64,000 bases of DNA from Escherichia phage LYE-01: sequence record PQ303785.1, one strand, 5' to 3'. The position numbers were made by a program, and so were the translations under genes. The notes beneath the pieces were generated by a model. That model ran no database searches and was not told the origin of the DNA. It was given only the letters and a program-made list of their open reading frames with translations. Positions 30,697 to 41,409 of the stretch are shown here, in pieces (within the stretch, counting starts at the first letter, position 1; every line of letters starts with the position of its first letter).

Positions 30697-31827
30697 ATGG
30701 CTTTTACAGTTGATATAACTCCTAAAACACCTACTGGAGTTATAGATCAGACTCAGCAGTTTACTGCTACACCCAGTGGTGAAACTGGAGGTGGAACTAT
30801 TACCTATGCTTGGACTGTAGATAATGTTCCACAAGATGGGGCTGAAGCAACTTTTAGTTATGTACTAAAAGGACCTGCCGGTCAAAAGACTATTAAGGTG
30901 GTTGCAACAAATACAATTCCAGATACTGATGCTGAAACAGCAGAAGCTACTACAACTATCACAGTTCAAAATAAGACACAGACAACTACCTTAGCTGTAA
31001 CTCCTAATAGTCCTCCAGAAGGAGTAATCGGAACAGCCGTTGAATTTACTGCTGCCTTAGCTTCACAGCCATCGGGCGCATCTGCTACGTATCAGTGGCA
31101 TGTAGATGGTTCTCCTGTGAGCGAAGCAACTAGCGCTACATTCAATTACACTCCTACTACAAGCGGAGTTAAAAAAATTAAATGTGTAGCTCAAGTAACC
31201 GCGACAGATTATGATGCAAAGGAAGTTACTTCTAATGAAGTATCATTGACGGTTAATAAGAAGACAATGAATCCACAGATTGCATTGACTCCTCCTTCTA
31301 TTAACGTTCAGCAAGATGCTTCGGCTACATTTACTGCTAATGTTACTGGCGCACCTGACGCAGCACAAATTACTTACTCGTGGAAGAAAGATTCTTCTCC
31401 TGTAGAAGGGTCAACTAACGTATATACTGTCGATACCTCATCTGTTGGAAGTCAAACTATTGAAGTTACTGCTGTCGTTACAGCGACTGATTATGATAGC
31501 AAAACAGTTAAAACAACAGGTCAAGTTCAGGTAACTGATAAAGTTGCTCCGGAACCAGAAGGTGAATTGCCTTATGTTCATCCTCTTCCACATCGTACTT
31601 CAGCTTATATCTGGTGCGGTTGGTGGGTTATGGATGAAATCCAAAAAATGACTGAAGAAGGTAAAGATTGGAAAACTGACGACCCAGATAGTAAGTACTA
31701 CTTGCATCGTTACACTCTTCAGAAGATGATGAAAGACTATCCAGAAGTTGATGTTCAAGAATCGCGCAATGGATACATCATTCATAAAACTGCTTTAGAA
31801 ACTGGTATCATCTATACCTATCCATAA
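30697..31827 (+). CDS. hoc: Highly immunogenic outer capsid protein, 376 aa
   Basis: Track ORF; repeated Ig-like segments (TxxxxxxYxW motifs) and length equal to T4 Hoc. Confidence 0.85.
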   Translation: MAFTVDITPKTPTGVIDQTQQFTATPSGETGGGTITYAWTVDNVPQDGAEATFSYVLKGPAGQKTIKVVATNTIPDTDAETAEATTTITVQNKTQTTTLAVTPNSPPEGVIGTAVEFTAALASQPSGASATYQWHVDGSPVSEATSATFNYTPTTSGVKKIKCVAQVTATDYDAKEVTSNEVSLTVNKKTMNPQIALTPPSINVQQDASATFTANVTGAPDAAQITYSWKKDSSPVEGSTNVYTVDTSSVGSQTIEVTAVVTATDYDSKTVKTTGQVQVTDKVAPEPEGELPYVHPLPHRTSAYIWCGWWVMDEIQKMTEEGKDWKTDDPDSKYYLHRYTLQKMMKDYPEVDVQESRNGYIIHKTALETGIIYTYP

Positions 31828-31831
31828 TCTA

Positions 31832-31850
31832 AGGGGCTTCGGCCCCTTTC
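31832..31850 (+). terminator. Terminator hairpin AGGGGC-TTCG-GCCCCT plus TTT
   Basis: Identical to hairpin at 11413. Confidence 0.6.
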
Positions 31851-31915
31851 TTCATTTTGAAAGCACACAAAACACAATCAGAAAACGATGTATATAATGG
31901 CACCAACTCGATAAC

Positions 31916-32131
31916 ATGAGATTGATTATGAGAACTGAGGTTGTGGTGTTTACACTCCATGAGTCTGGAAAGTCATTCATTGAAATTGCTCGTGAATTGA
32001 ACTTACATGCAAAGGAAGTGGCTGTATTATGGGCTCGAGCTATGACTGCTAAGAATAAATTTGAGACTCGAGAAAAAGTTGTCTATAGAAAAAGACATAT
32101 TAATAAAAGGGTGAAAAATGGAACAGTATGA
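31916..32131 (+). CDS. Small protein with helix-turn-helix-like segment, 71 aa
   Basis: Track ORF; segment SGKSFIEIARELNLHAKEV resembles an HTH; no clear RBS, so start uncertain. Confidence 0.4.
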   Translation: MRLIMRTEVVVFTLHESGKSFIEIARELNLHAKEVAVLWARAMTAKNKFETREKVVYRKRHINKRVKNGTV

Positions 32132-32396
32132 TCTTTATGAAAATGAATCTTTTGCTAATCAATTACGCGAAAAAGCACTTAAAAGTAAACAGTTTAAACT
32201 AGAGTGTTTTATTAAAGATTTTTCGGAACTTGCTAATAAAGCAGCTGAACAAGGTAAAACATATTTTAGTTATTATTGCACTGCTCGCGATAAATTGATT
32301 ACTGAAGAAATTGGTGATTGGCTGAGAAAAGAAGGATTTAGCTTTAAAGTCAATAGTGATCAGCGTGATGGTGATTGGTTAGAAATTACATTTTGA
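32118..32396 (+). CDS. Hypothetical protein, 92 aa
   Basis: Track ORF. Confidence 0.5.
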   Translation: MEQYDLYENESFANQLREKALKSKQFKLECFIKDFSELANKAAEQGKTYFSYYCTARDKLITEEIGDWLRKEGFSFKVNSDQRDGDWLEITF

Positions 32397-32405
32397 GGAT
32401 TAATT

Positions 32406-33410
32406 ATGTTTAAAAAGTATAGCAGTCTTGAAAATCATTACAATTCTAAATTCATTGAAAAACTTTACAGTTTAGGATTGACTGGCGGCGAATGGGTAGC
32501 TCGTGAAAAGATTCATGGCACAAATTTCTCACTGATTATTGAACGCGATAAAGCAACTTGTGCTAAACGTACTGGACCGATTCTTCCTGCTGAAGATTTC
32601 TTTGGGTATGAAATTATTCTAAAGAATTACGCTGATTCCATTAAAGCAGTACAAGATATTATGGAAACTTCGGCAGTTGTATCTTATCAAGTCTTCGGCG
32701 AATTCGCTGGACCTGGCATTCAGAAGAATGTCGATTATGGCGATAAAGATTTTTATGTATTTGACATTATTGTTACTACCGAAAGTGGTGATGTGACTTA
32801 TGTCGATGATTATATGATGGAATCATTCTGTAATACATTTAAATTTAAAATGGCTCCACTTTTGGGTCGCGGTAAATTTGAAGAGCTTATTAAATTGCCA
32901 AATGATTTAGATTCTGTCGTCCAAGATTATAATTTTACAGTAGACCATGCTGGATTAGTTGATGCAAATAAATGCGTTTGGAATGCCGAAGCAAAAGGCG
33001 AAGTATTTACTGCTGAAGGATATGTATTGAAACCTTGTTATCCTTCTTGGATGCCTAATGGCAATCGTGTAGCTATTAAATGCAAGAACTCTAAATTTAG
33101 CGAAAAGAAAAAGTCTGATAAGCCTATTAAAGCTAAAGTTGAGCTGTCAGAAGCTGATAATAAATTGCTGGGAATTTTAGCTTGCTACGTTACACTGAAC
33201 CGAGTAAATAACGTTATTTCTAAAATTGGTGAAATTGGTCCAAAAGATTTTGGAAAGGTGATGGGACTAACTGTTCAAGATATTTTGGAAGAAACTTCTC
33301 GTGAAGGTATTACTCTAACTCAAGCGGATAATCCTTCTTTGGTTAAAAAGGAATTAGTTAAAATGGCACAAGATGTACTTCGTCCGGCTTGGATTGAATT
33401 GGTAAGTTAA
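32406..33410 (+). CDS. rnlB: RNA ligase 2, 334 aa
   Basis: Track ORF; ligase motif I KIHGTN (lysine nucleophile); sequence matches recalled T4 Rnl2. Confidence 0.9.
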   Translation: MFKKYSSLENHYNSKFIEKLYSLGLTGGEWVAREKIHGTNFSLIIERDKATCAKRTGPILPAEDFFGYEIILKNYADSIKAVQDIMETSAVVSYQVFGEFAGPGIQKNVDYGDKDFYVFDIIVTTESGDVTYVDDYMMESFCNTFKFKMAPLLGRGKFEELIKLPNDLDSVVQDYNFTVDHAGLVDANKCVWNAEAKGEVFTAEGYVLKPCYPSWMPNGNRVAIKCKNSKFSEKKKSDKPIKAKVELSEADNKLLGILACYVTLNRVNNVISKIGEIGPKDFGKVMGLTVQDILEETSREGITLTQADNPSLVKKELVKMAQDVLRPAWIELVS

Positions 33411-33416
33411 ATAAAA

Positions 33417-33434
33417 AGGGACCGAAAGGTCCCT
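33417..33434. terminator. Bidirectional terminator AGGGACC-GAAA-GGTCCCT with flanking A-run and T-run
   Basis: Between convergent rnlB and gene 24. Confidence 0.65.
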
Positions 33435-33439
33435 TTGTT

Positions 33440-34723
33440 TTATTCATCAACGATAATTTTTGGTAGCTTAACACCTAATAAAACAGACAAATCTGAACGA
33501 CCCGCCATTTTATCCATGTCTCCACCATCAATTATTCTTGCTTCTTTTTCATCTTTTGCTACAGTGTAAGGATTTGCAGATAAAGCATATCTAACTAATA
33601 AACCGATAGATGGCTGCAAACTTTCTGGATCAACTACAACTTTAAATGCACCTACATGTTCAGGGTCATCTAAGTCAAGACCTTCTGTATACGGAGCATA
33701 GAAAATTGATCCAACAATTTCTTTTTCGCCGATATTTTCTACTACACCAACGATTACATAATCTAATGGGCTGTTAGTATCGCAATAAAGCGGTAAACCA
33801 TTAGCTAAGAACCCGTAGGCATTTTGTGAAAGATATTTATCATCTTCTGGTTTATGTTTTAACCAACCTGATGCAGCAAGAATCGCGGCGGCACGAGCTG
33901 AAGCAACACAGAACGTTGCTGTATAAGTTGATTCTTTTTGGATATGCGAAACCATTTCACACACCATTCGGTATAATGAACGACCAGCTTCAGGTGCAGA
34001 TGCATAACTCAAATCAATGAATCCAGTGTCAGTAATTCCTGTAACTTTATAGCGTTTTGATACTGTAATCAAAGACTGTAGAATATCTTTATTGATTTCA
34101 TCCGCCATTTCAGTTGCAAGCAAATCTTCCAAGAAATTAGGAGCATCGAATCCATTTGCTTCTAAATCTTGTGCTAATTCAACTGTGATACCAGTTTTAA
34201 GTTTACGAGATTTAACTGCGGTTTGCCATTTATTAATCTGGAATCTAGCATCAGCAATTTCGCTATCAGAGCTTTCAAATTTGCTTGTTGACGCTGCGTC
34301 AGAAAATAGACGAACTTTTAAAAGAACAATTGCAATCTGAAGAGCTAATTCTAAATCGCTTTCTTCAATGGTAGCAAATGGTGTATCTTCTAATACTTTA
34401 TAAACGATATTATTATATTTGAATAAATCGCCTTTATTGAGATTTAATTTAGACTCTTCTGTTAATTCAGTGATTTGTTCTCGGTCTACATATCCAGCTT
34501 CACCAGCGTAAGTAGCACCAGTTTTAAATGTAAATTCGTTATCTGGGTTAAGGTATTTGATACCGTAAAAAGCAGCAACAGGTTGATTAGTTCTTTGCGT
34601 TGCTACAATGTCAGAATATATTAATTTAGTGGTAGCGCGAGTCAAAGCAACGAGATTTGGGCGACCGATTGAGTTGCTATTCGTTGTGCTTGATTCGCGC
34701 AGAAGTTCGTTGATTTTAGCCAT
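33440..34723 (-). CDS. 24: Capsid vertex protein, 427 aa
   Basis: Track ORF; paralogous to gp23; length equals T4 gp24. Confidence 0.9.
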   Translation of the reverse strand: MAKINELLRESSTTNSNSIGRPNLVALTRATTKLIYSDIVATQRTNQPVAAFYGIKYLNPDNEFTFKTGATYAGEAGYVDREQITELTEESKLNLNKGDLFKYNNIVYKVLEDTPFATIEESDLELALQIAIVLLKVRLFSDAASTSKFESSDSEIADARFQINKWQTAVKSRKLKTGITVELAQDLEANGFDAPNFLEDLLATEMADEINKDILQSLITVSKRYKVTGITDTGFIDLSYASAPEAGRSLYRMVCEMVSHIQKESTYTATFCVASARAAAILAASGWLKHKPEDDKYLSQNAYGFLANGLPLYCDTNSPLDYVIVGVVENIGEKEIVGSIFYAPYTEGLDLDDPEHVGAFKVVVDPESLQPSIGLLVRYALSANPYTVAKDEKEARIIDGGDMDKMAGRSDLSVLLGVKLPKIIVDE

Positions 34724-34750
34724 TGCGCTTTCCTTTTGGTTTATATGATT

Positions 34751-34758
34751 TATTTATA
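34751..34758 (-). promoter_or_regulatory. Late promoter TATAAATA for gene 24
   Basis: Plus-strand TATTTATA about 28 nt upstream of ATG. Confidence 0.55.
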
Positions 34759-34774
34759 CCATAAAAACAACTAA

Positions 34775-34792
34775 AGGGACCCGAAGGTCCCT
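34775..34792 (-). terminator. Hairpin with UUCG loop on the gene 23 transcript (AGGGACC-UUCG-GGUCCCU)
   Basis: 7-bp GC stem immediately after gene 23 stop. Confidence 0.6.
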
Positions 34793-34806
34793 TAAATCGT
34801 CAAAGA

Positions 34807-36372
34807 TTAGATACCTTTAACATATACACGGCGGAAGTAAGCGTTTTTACCAAGGCTATTCAGAATAGAAGGCATACCGCTCTGGATGCGAGAAGCCGGA
34901 GCCTGAGCAGCGGATTCTGCAAATGGGTTGATACCGATACCGTAACGAGTTTTGAATCCCATTACTGGTTGGAAGTTCTTCGGATCGGAACCACGCAGCG
35001 GAGTCAGAGCTACATATGGAGCATAGTAAATACCAGCATCCATTTCGTTCGGACCTTTATAACCTACAGTGAAATAATCCTGTTTAGCATACTGGTCGAT
35101 ATATACACGGTATTTACCACCCAGAACACCCGCAAATACTGACTTGGTAGTATCAGTGTTAAAGCCGGTAGCCAGACCCTGTGCAGCATAAGAAATGCCA
35201 GTATCAACTGAAGCCAGAACGTTAACTACGTTACGGGAAGCGATAATGAAGTTACCTTCACCACGACCGGTCTGACGAGCAATTTCAACTGCTTCTTTGT
35301 CAATCTGGAACAACAGAGCTTTAAAGGATTCACCCGCCCAGCGAGCACCACGAATATCAATCGGATCCTGGAAGTCAAATACACCAGCTTTAGAACCCGG
35401 AGTCAGGGTCATACCAGATTTACCAACCTGAGCCGAGTAGTTAATCCAATCAACAACTTCACGGTTGATTTCCAGCATGATTTCTGTAGCCAGAATACCA
35501 GACAGTTCAGCATCAGCATCCATACCGTGAACAGCGCGGAGGTCTTGTGCTAATTCGATAGAGTAAGCAGCTTTCAGCTGACGAGATTTAGCTTCGATAA
35601 CTTGTTTATCGATACGGAAGCCCATTTCATTCCATGGGTTATCGGTAGAACCGTTGAAACCTTCCTGAAGTTCAGCGATAGAAGTAGCCATACCTTCAGC
35701 GATTTCTACCAGTACACCAGCTTCCATTTGTTTCTTAATTTCAGCATCCAGTTTAGTTGCATCGTTAGCACTAGCATCGATTGTTACTACAGCGGAAGCT
35801 TGCAGATACACAGTACCAGTTTCCTGGAAGAAGTGAGTATAGATATCACCTACAACGGTTTGTGTGCTAGCAGCCAGAGCTGGGAATTTCTTAGCAGCAC
35901 CCTGACCAGAGAACATTGCATCTGGACCATACATTGGATGGAATGCTTCTTTAGCATCGGCAGCGATTGGGTCTTTACCATATACTGCACGCAGTGCGAA
36001 TACCTGGCCAGTCGGGCTGTTCATCGGCTGAACACCACAAATATCGAAAGCAATCAGGTTAGGAATAGCACGACGTACCATACCCATAACAGCTGGGCCA
36101 ATCTGAGTTACTGCGCCAGAAGTCTGACCAGCAGCGATGTTAGTAGCATTGTAACCGTGGTCACCACCGATTTCAGCTTCTGTTAAGAAAGAACCGAACG
36201 CCTGAGCGATTTTTTCGTCTTTGTACTCTGGAGCTGTCTGGAAATCTTTTTCCTGGTTTTCAAAGATTTTAGCGATAATCGCTTGTTTGCTATTAGCAAT
36301 TTCCGGTAAACCTTCACCTTCCAGTAATGGCTTCCATTTGTTCAAAAGTTCAGCTTTAGTTTTGATAGTCAT
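34807..36372 (-). CDS. 23: Major capsid protein, 521 aa
   Basis: Track ORF; length equals T4 gp23; noticeably GC-richer codon usage than neighbours. Confidence 0.92.
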   Translation of the reverse strand: MTIKTKAELLNKWKPLLEGEGLPEIANSKQAIIAKIFENQEKDFQTAPEYKDEKIAQAFGSFLTEAEIGGDHGYNATNIAAGQTSGAVTQIGPAVMGMVRRAIPNLIAFDICGVQPMNSPTGQVFALRAVYGKDPIAADAKEAFHPMYGPDAMFSGQGAAKKFPALAASTQTVVGDIYTHFFQETGTVYLQASAVVTIDASANDATKLDAEIKKQMEAGVLVEIAEGMATSIAELQEGFNGSTDNPWNEMGFRIDKQVIEAKSRQLKAAYSIELAQDLRAVHGMDADAELSGILATEIMLEINREVVDWINYSAQVGKSGMTLTPGSKAGVFDFQDPIDIRGARWAGESFKALLFQIDKEAVEIARQTGRGEGNFIIASRNVVNVLASVDTGISYAAQGLATGFNTDTTKSVFAGVLGGKYRVYIDQYAKQDYFTVGYKGPNEMDAGIYYAPYVALTPLRGSDPKNFQPVMGFKTRYGIGINPFAESAAQAPASRIQSGMPSILNSLGKNAYFRRVYVKGI

Positions 36373-36390
36373 TTGTGTTAACCTTTAAAA

Positions 36391-37200
36391 TTAGAAACGA
36401 GATGCGACTTTCGCATATACACTTACAATATCTTCTGCACCAGGTGCAGCTTTATCTTCTACAGCTTCAGTGACGAAATTCAGTCCGGCTGCTTCAGTAT
36501 CAGGAGTATTTATACCCTCAGTAATAGTGCTTTCATCTTTATTAGACTTCTTCACCATTTCTACGATGGCACTCAATTTATTTGAGAATTCATCTGAATA
36601 ATCCATACCTTCGACCAGAGCAGAGACTTTTTCTTTTTGAGACTCAGTCAGATCTTTAGTACTTTCGCTCAATGCCACTTCACGCTGCACATAATTGATA
36701 TATGCGTCGCGCATATTGAGTTCTTCGAACAGACGAGCTGATTCTTCTTTATGTTCTTGCAGCTCTTCTTCCATTTCAGCCACAACATCAACTGATTCTT
36801 CTGGAACAACAACGTTGTGTTCAACAAAGAGCTCTTTTAATCCACCAAGCATGGATTCAAACAGTTCGGCTTTGATGCCTTTATCAACTGCTAATTTATT
36901 TTCAGCGAGCCATTCTTTCGCAAGATGGTCGATGAATTTAGAAGCTTGCTCAGCGATTTTCTTCTCAGCTTTTTCTTCGGCTTCTTCTTTATTTTTTTCT
37001 ACTTCTTCTTCTGCTTTTTCAGCAATTTTAGCGATATGAGATTCAGCTAATTTAACGGCGTGCTGCTTGACGGTAGCTTCGAATACAGTGCCGAAAGTTT
37101 CTTTTGCTTCCGGAGAAATATTAACTGATTCGAAAATACTATCAAGAGCAACGGAAGCATCAATTTTTTGCGCTTCAGCAATCAGTTGTTCTTTAAGCAT
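36391..37200 (-). CDS. 22: Prohead core scaffold protein, 269 aa
   Basis: Track ORF; acidic coiled-coil-rich; length equals T4 gp22. Confidence 0.85.
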   Translation of the reverse strand: MLKEQLIAEAQKIDASVALDSIFESVNISPEAKETFGTVFEATVKQHAVKLAESHIAKIAEKAEEEVEKNKEEAEEKAEKKIAEQASKFIDHLAKEWLAENKLAVDKGIKAELFESMLGGLKELFVEHNVVVPEESVDVVAEMEEELQEHKEESARLFEELNMRDAYINYVQREVALSESTKDLTESQKEKVSALVEGMDYSDEFSNKLSAIVEMVKKSNKDESTITEGINTPDTEAAGLNFVTEAVEDKAAPGAEDIVSVYAKVASRF

Positions 37201-37227
37201 TTTGTAGTCCTGTTGTTTAGATAATAA

Positions 37228-37235
37228 TATTTATA
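37228..37235 (-). promoter_or_regulatory. Late promoter TATAAATA for gene 22, overlapping gene 21 stop
   Basis: Plus-strand TATTTATA about 28 nt upstream of ATG. Confidence 0.5.
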
Positions 37236-37869
37236 ACGCTTTTTTCATGGCCTCTGCGAGAGCCATATAGGCGTCATCGGCACTTGTATCGGCTTCCGCC
37301 GTCTGTGATTCGGTAATTTCCTTAGGAGTTACCCATGCATCTGGAGCACTTGGACCCCATACTGCATCAACACCTACAGTTAATTTGAATCCTTCGTTTA
37401 CGATACGATAACCTTTATTTGTGTCAGTCAATGAACCTAATCCACGAGAAGAAACTCCTGGAATCCATCCGGCACGAATATTAGCTGCTAATTTATCTCC
37501 AGGACCGTGGTCACCTTCAATAACACGAGCTCGTCCGTATACGTCATTTCCTTTCCACCACATATCTTCTATAATGATAGCGGCTTGCATCGGGTCAACA
37601 TTAGCGCGTGGAGGATGATTTAATTCTCCGAGAGCTTGTTTAGTTAAAACTTGCTCATTAATATAGTCTTTTACCGCTTTTTCTAATATGCGTTTTGGAT
37701 AAAGACGTTTATTTCTATTGACGACTTCTGCTTGCATGAATATTCCTTCGATGTATAAACCCGGTTTTAAACCTAAGTCTTTTCCATCGTGGGATTCAAG
37801 CATTGGCACACCATCAATAATTTCGCCAGGTTGACCCCAAGTTTCAATTAGTAATTGGGGTTCATTCAT
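37231..37869 (-). CDS. 21: Prohead protease, 212 aa
   Basis: Track ORF; length equals T4 gp21. Confidence 0.88.
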   Translation of the reverse strand: MNEPQLLIETWGQPGEIIDGVPMLESHDGKDLGLKPGLYIEGIFMQAEVVNRNKRLYPKRILEKAVKDYINEQVLTKQALGELNHPPRANVDPMQAAIIIEDMWWKGNDVYGRARVIEGDHGPGDKLAANIRAGWIPGVSSRGLGSLTDTNKGYRIVNEGFKLTVGVDAVWGPSAPDAWVTPKEITESQTAEADTSADDAYMALAEAMKKAL

Positions 37870-38294
37870 TAGCTTAATCCTAATGCTTTACGGCGTTTAA
37901 GAGCTTTTTTACGCTTACGCTGAGCACGAGATTGACCTGCTGGATTGGCAATCTTCGTTTTGGTAGCTTTGCGAGCAATTTGTCTACGTTTTGCTTTAGA
38001 CAGCCCAGTGGTTTGAAATGCATTACGTTCGCGTGTTTTGCGGTCTTTAGTACGTGTAATTTCACCACGAGCTGAAACGTGCTTAACAATGAATTCATTT
38101 AACGGCATATTTTCATTAATAGAAGCTAATGCAACTGCTAAATCAGTTTCATCATCAAGCATATTCTCGACAATTGTATTTATATCGTCTTTATTTAAAG
38201 CAGAAGACAATTCGTCAAAGCGACCCTGTGCTTCAGGAATAAGTGCTTCGACATTCTCGAGAACTAATTCATGAGTTTCAGGGATCAGAAGCAT
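37869..38294 (-). CDS. 68: Prohead core protein, 141 aa
   Basis: Track ORF; length equals T4 gp68. Confidence 0.75.
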
Positions 38295-38496
38295 TATTCA
38301 TCATCCTCGTCTTCGTCATCACCATCTTCGTCATCCTCGTCGTCTTCAGGTTCTTCACCTTCGATTAAGAAATTACGAGCGATAGCGATTTTTTCTTCTT
38401 TAATTAAATCAATCGTTCTTGCAGCCATGGCTTCAGCAAATAATTTACGAGCGGCTACGAGGTCGTTTGATTTAATAGCTTCAATTAAACCTTCCA

Positions 38497-38497
<1 letters not shown>
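38294..38497 (-). CDS. 67: Prohead core protein with poly-acidic C-terminus, 67 aa
   Basis: Track ORF; C-terminal [20 protein letters not shown]. Confidence 0.7.
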
Positions 38498-40122
<1,625 letters not shown>

Positions 40123-40131
40123 TTAAGCAGG

Positions 40132-40149
40132 ATGGGGATTTCTCCCCAT
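40132..40149 (-). terminator. Hairpin ATGGGGA-TTTC-TCCCCAT after gene 19
   Basis: 7-bp stem read from sequence. Confidence 0.5.
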
Positions 40150-40154
40150 TCATT

Positions 40155-40646
40155 TTATTCCCAATAATCGAGAGCAAGAGTTACTTCAAAGGTTTGGATT
40201 TCATTGTTTGAATCCCAATCTAACTGAAGTTCACCCACGTTAGTAGGCCACAGGCCTTTAATTTCGACTTCTTTTGTTACAGTTTTAGCGTCACGAGCAT
40301 ATTGGCGTACAATAGCACTCTTTTTATACTCTGCTGGTTTTCCACCAGTAATTTCGTTTCCTTGCCCAGCAGCAATGCTTTGCCAGTCAACAAACTTCTG
40401 ACGTGCATCATGCGCCTCATCATTCATTACTGTAATAGTCCAGTCATCGAATGTACGATCGCCTGCTACGTTAATTTTACGGTTCATAAATCCGACTGGA
40501 ATTTTTTCTACAATACCAGCTGGTAAAGCAGTGGCTTTACACTGAAACGTAAAATTTTGTCCAAGATAAGAAATTTCTACTTGGAATAAGTTAGGTCGAG
40601 CAAAATCACCAGATTCAAACGCTCGTGTTACATCATCTACAAACAT
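40155..40646 (-). CDS. 19: Tail tube protein, 163 aa
   Basis: Track ORF; length equals T4 gp19. Confidence 0.9.
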   Translation of the reverse strand: MFVDDVTRAFESGDFARPNLFQVEISYLGQNFTFQCKATALPAGIVEKIPVGFMNRKINVAGDRTFDDWTITVMNDEAHDARQKFVDWQSIAAGQGNEITGGKPAEYKKSAIVRQYARDAKTVTKEVEIKGLWPTNVGELQLDWDSNNEIQTFEVTLALDYWE

Positions 40647-40660
40647 ATTAGCCTCTGTAG

Positions 40661-40727
40661 TATTTATATCCCTATGTTTAACCTAGGGCATATAGAATTA
40701 AAGAATTAAGGATATAGTGTATTTATA
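40661..40727 (-). promoter_or_regulatory. Two candidate late promoters (TATAAATA on minus strand at about 40661-40668 and 40720-40727) upstream of gene 19
   Basis: Two plus-strand TATTTATA octamers in the gene 19 leader region. Confidence 0.45.
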
Positions 40728-40753
40728 TGGCCTGCCGAAACAGGCCTTTAGAA

Positions 40754-41371
40754 TCATTCTAGCAAATCCCAAAGATCTACACTATTTCTTTTTGACTTTT
40801 CTCGGTTAGATTCCCAAGTGATTATTTCTAAATTATTAATACCGCCAATTATTTTAGCAGGAATTAAATTATCAAAACCGTATTTGATAGATACCTTATG
40901 ATCAAGTTGGTAAGCACCTTCTTTACCACACACTCCTATCTTATCAGCATTCGGCCATTTTGACCAAATTTTCTTATGCTTACGAGTTTCTCTATATACC
41001 GATGAAATATATTCACGCATTTCAGATTTATTTGGGTTCCATCTTGGATGATTTACGCCATGCATACATTCTACGGTTTTTCCTTTATTCGCTGAACCAT
41101 ATGAATTATTATGCATTTTATCTTTATGACGGCAATCACAACAAATATCAGTGTTTCTTCCAATGCGTTGATTATATTCAATTCCACATTTATCGCAACG
41201 ACATTTTACATACGCGGTACTACCTTTAATGTCTTCAACTTTAACATCAATTTCATAATACTTAAATCCGTGTTTAACCGCTCCAAGAGGTGTTAATTTA
41301 TATCCCTTTGACTGATAATGTTTAAAATTTGATGGTACAATTTTTACTTTAATGAATTTAGAAATAATCAC
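40754..41371 (-). CDS. HNH (His-Me finger) homing-endonuclease-like protein, 205 aa, GTG start
   Basis: HNH core QLDHKVSIKYGFDNLIPAKIIGGINNLEIITWESNREK; N-terminal Cys cluster CRCDKCG...ICCDCRH; no in-frame ATG near the 5' end, GTG start preceded by GAGGA at 5-nt spacing. Confidence 0.7.
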   Translation of the reverse strand: MIISKFIKVKIVPSNFKHYQSKGYKLTPLGAVKHGFKYYEIDVKVEDIKGSTAYVKCRCDKCGIEYNQRIGRNTDICCDCRHKDKMHNNSYGSANKGKTVECMHGVNHPRWNPNKSEMREYISSVYRETRKHKKIWSKWPNADKIGVCGKEGAYQLDHKVSIKYGFDNLIPAKIIGGINNLEIITWESNREKSKRNSVDLWDLLE

Positions 41372-41387
41372 TTGATTCCTCGAGAAC

Positions 41388-41403
41388 AGGGGCCGAAGCC
41401 CCT
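41388..41403 (-). terminator. Hairpin AGGGGC-UUCG-GCCCCU on the gene 18 transcript
   Basis: Inverted copy of the 11413 and 31832 hairpin, immediately after gene 18 stop. Confidence 0.55.
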
Positions 41404-41409
41404 TATCAA

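Larger units (their letters stand above)
40729..41403 (-). mobile_element. Free-standing HNH endonuclease gene cassette between genes 18 and 19, bounded by GC hairpins
   Basis: Extra ORF not expected in the recalled T4 18-19 junction; hairpins at 40729-40746 and 41388-41403. Confidence 0.5.

Noticed and set aside
35602-36186. 194-aa plus-strand ORF antisense to the major capsid gene
   Set aside because: Antisense to gene 23; an artefact of stop-codon-poor GC-richer sequence.
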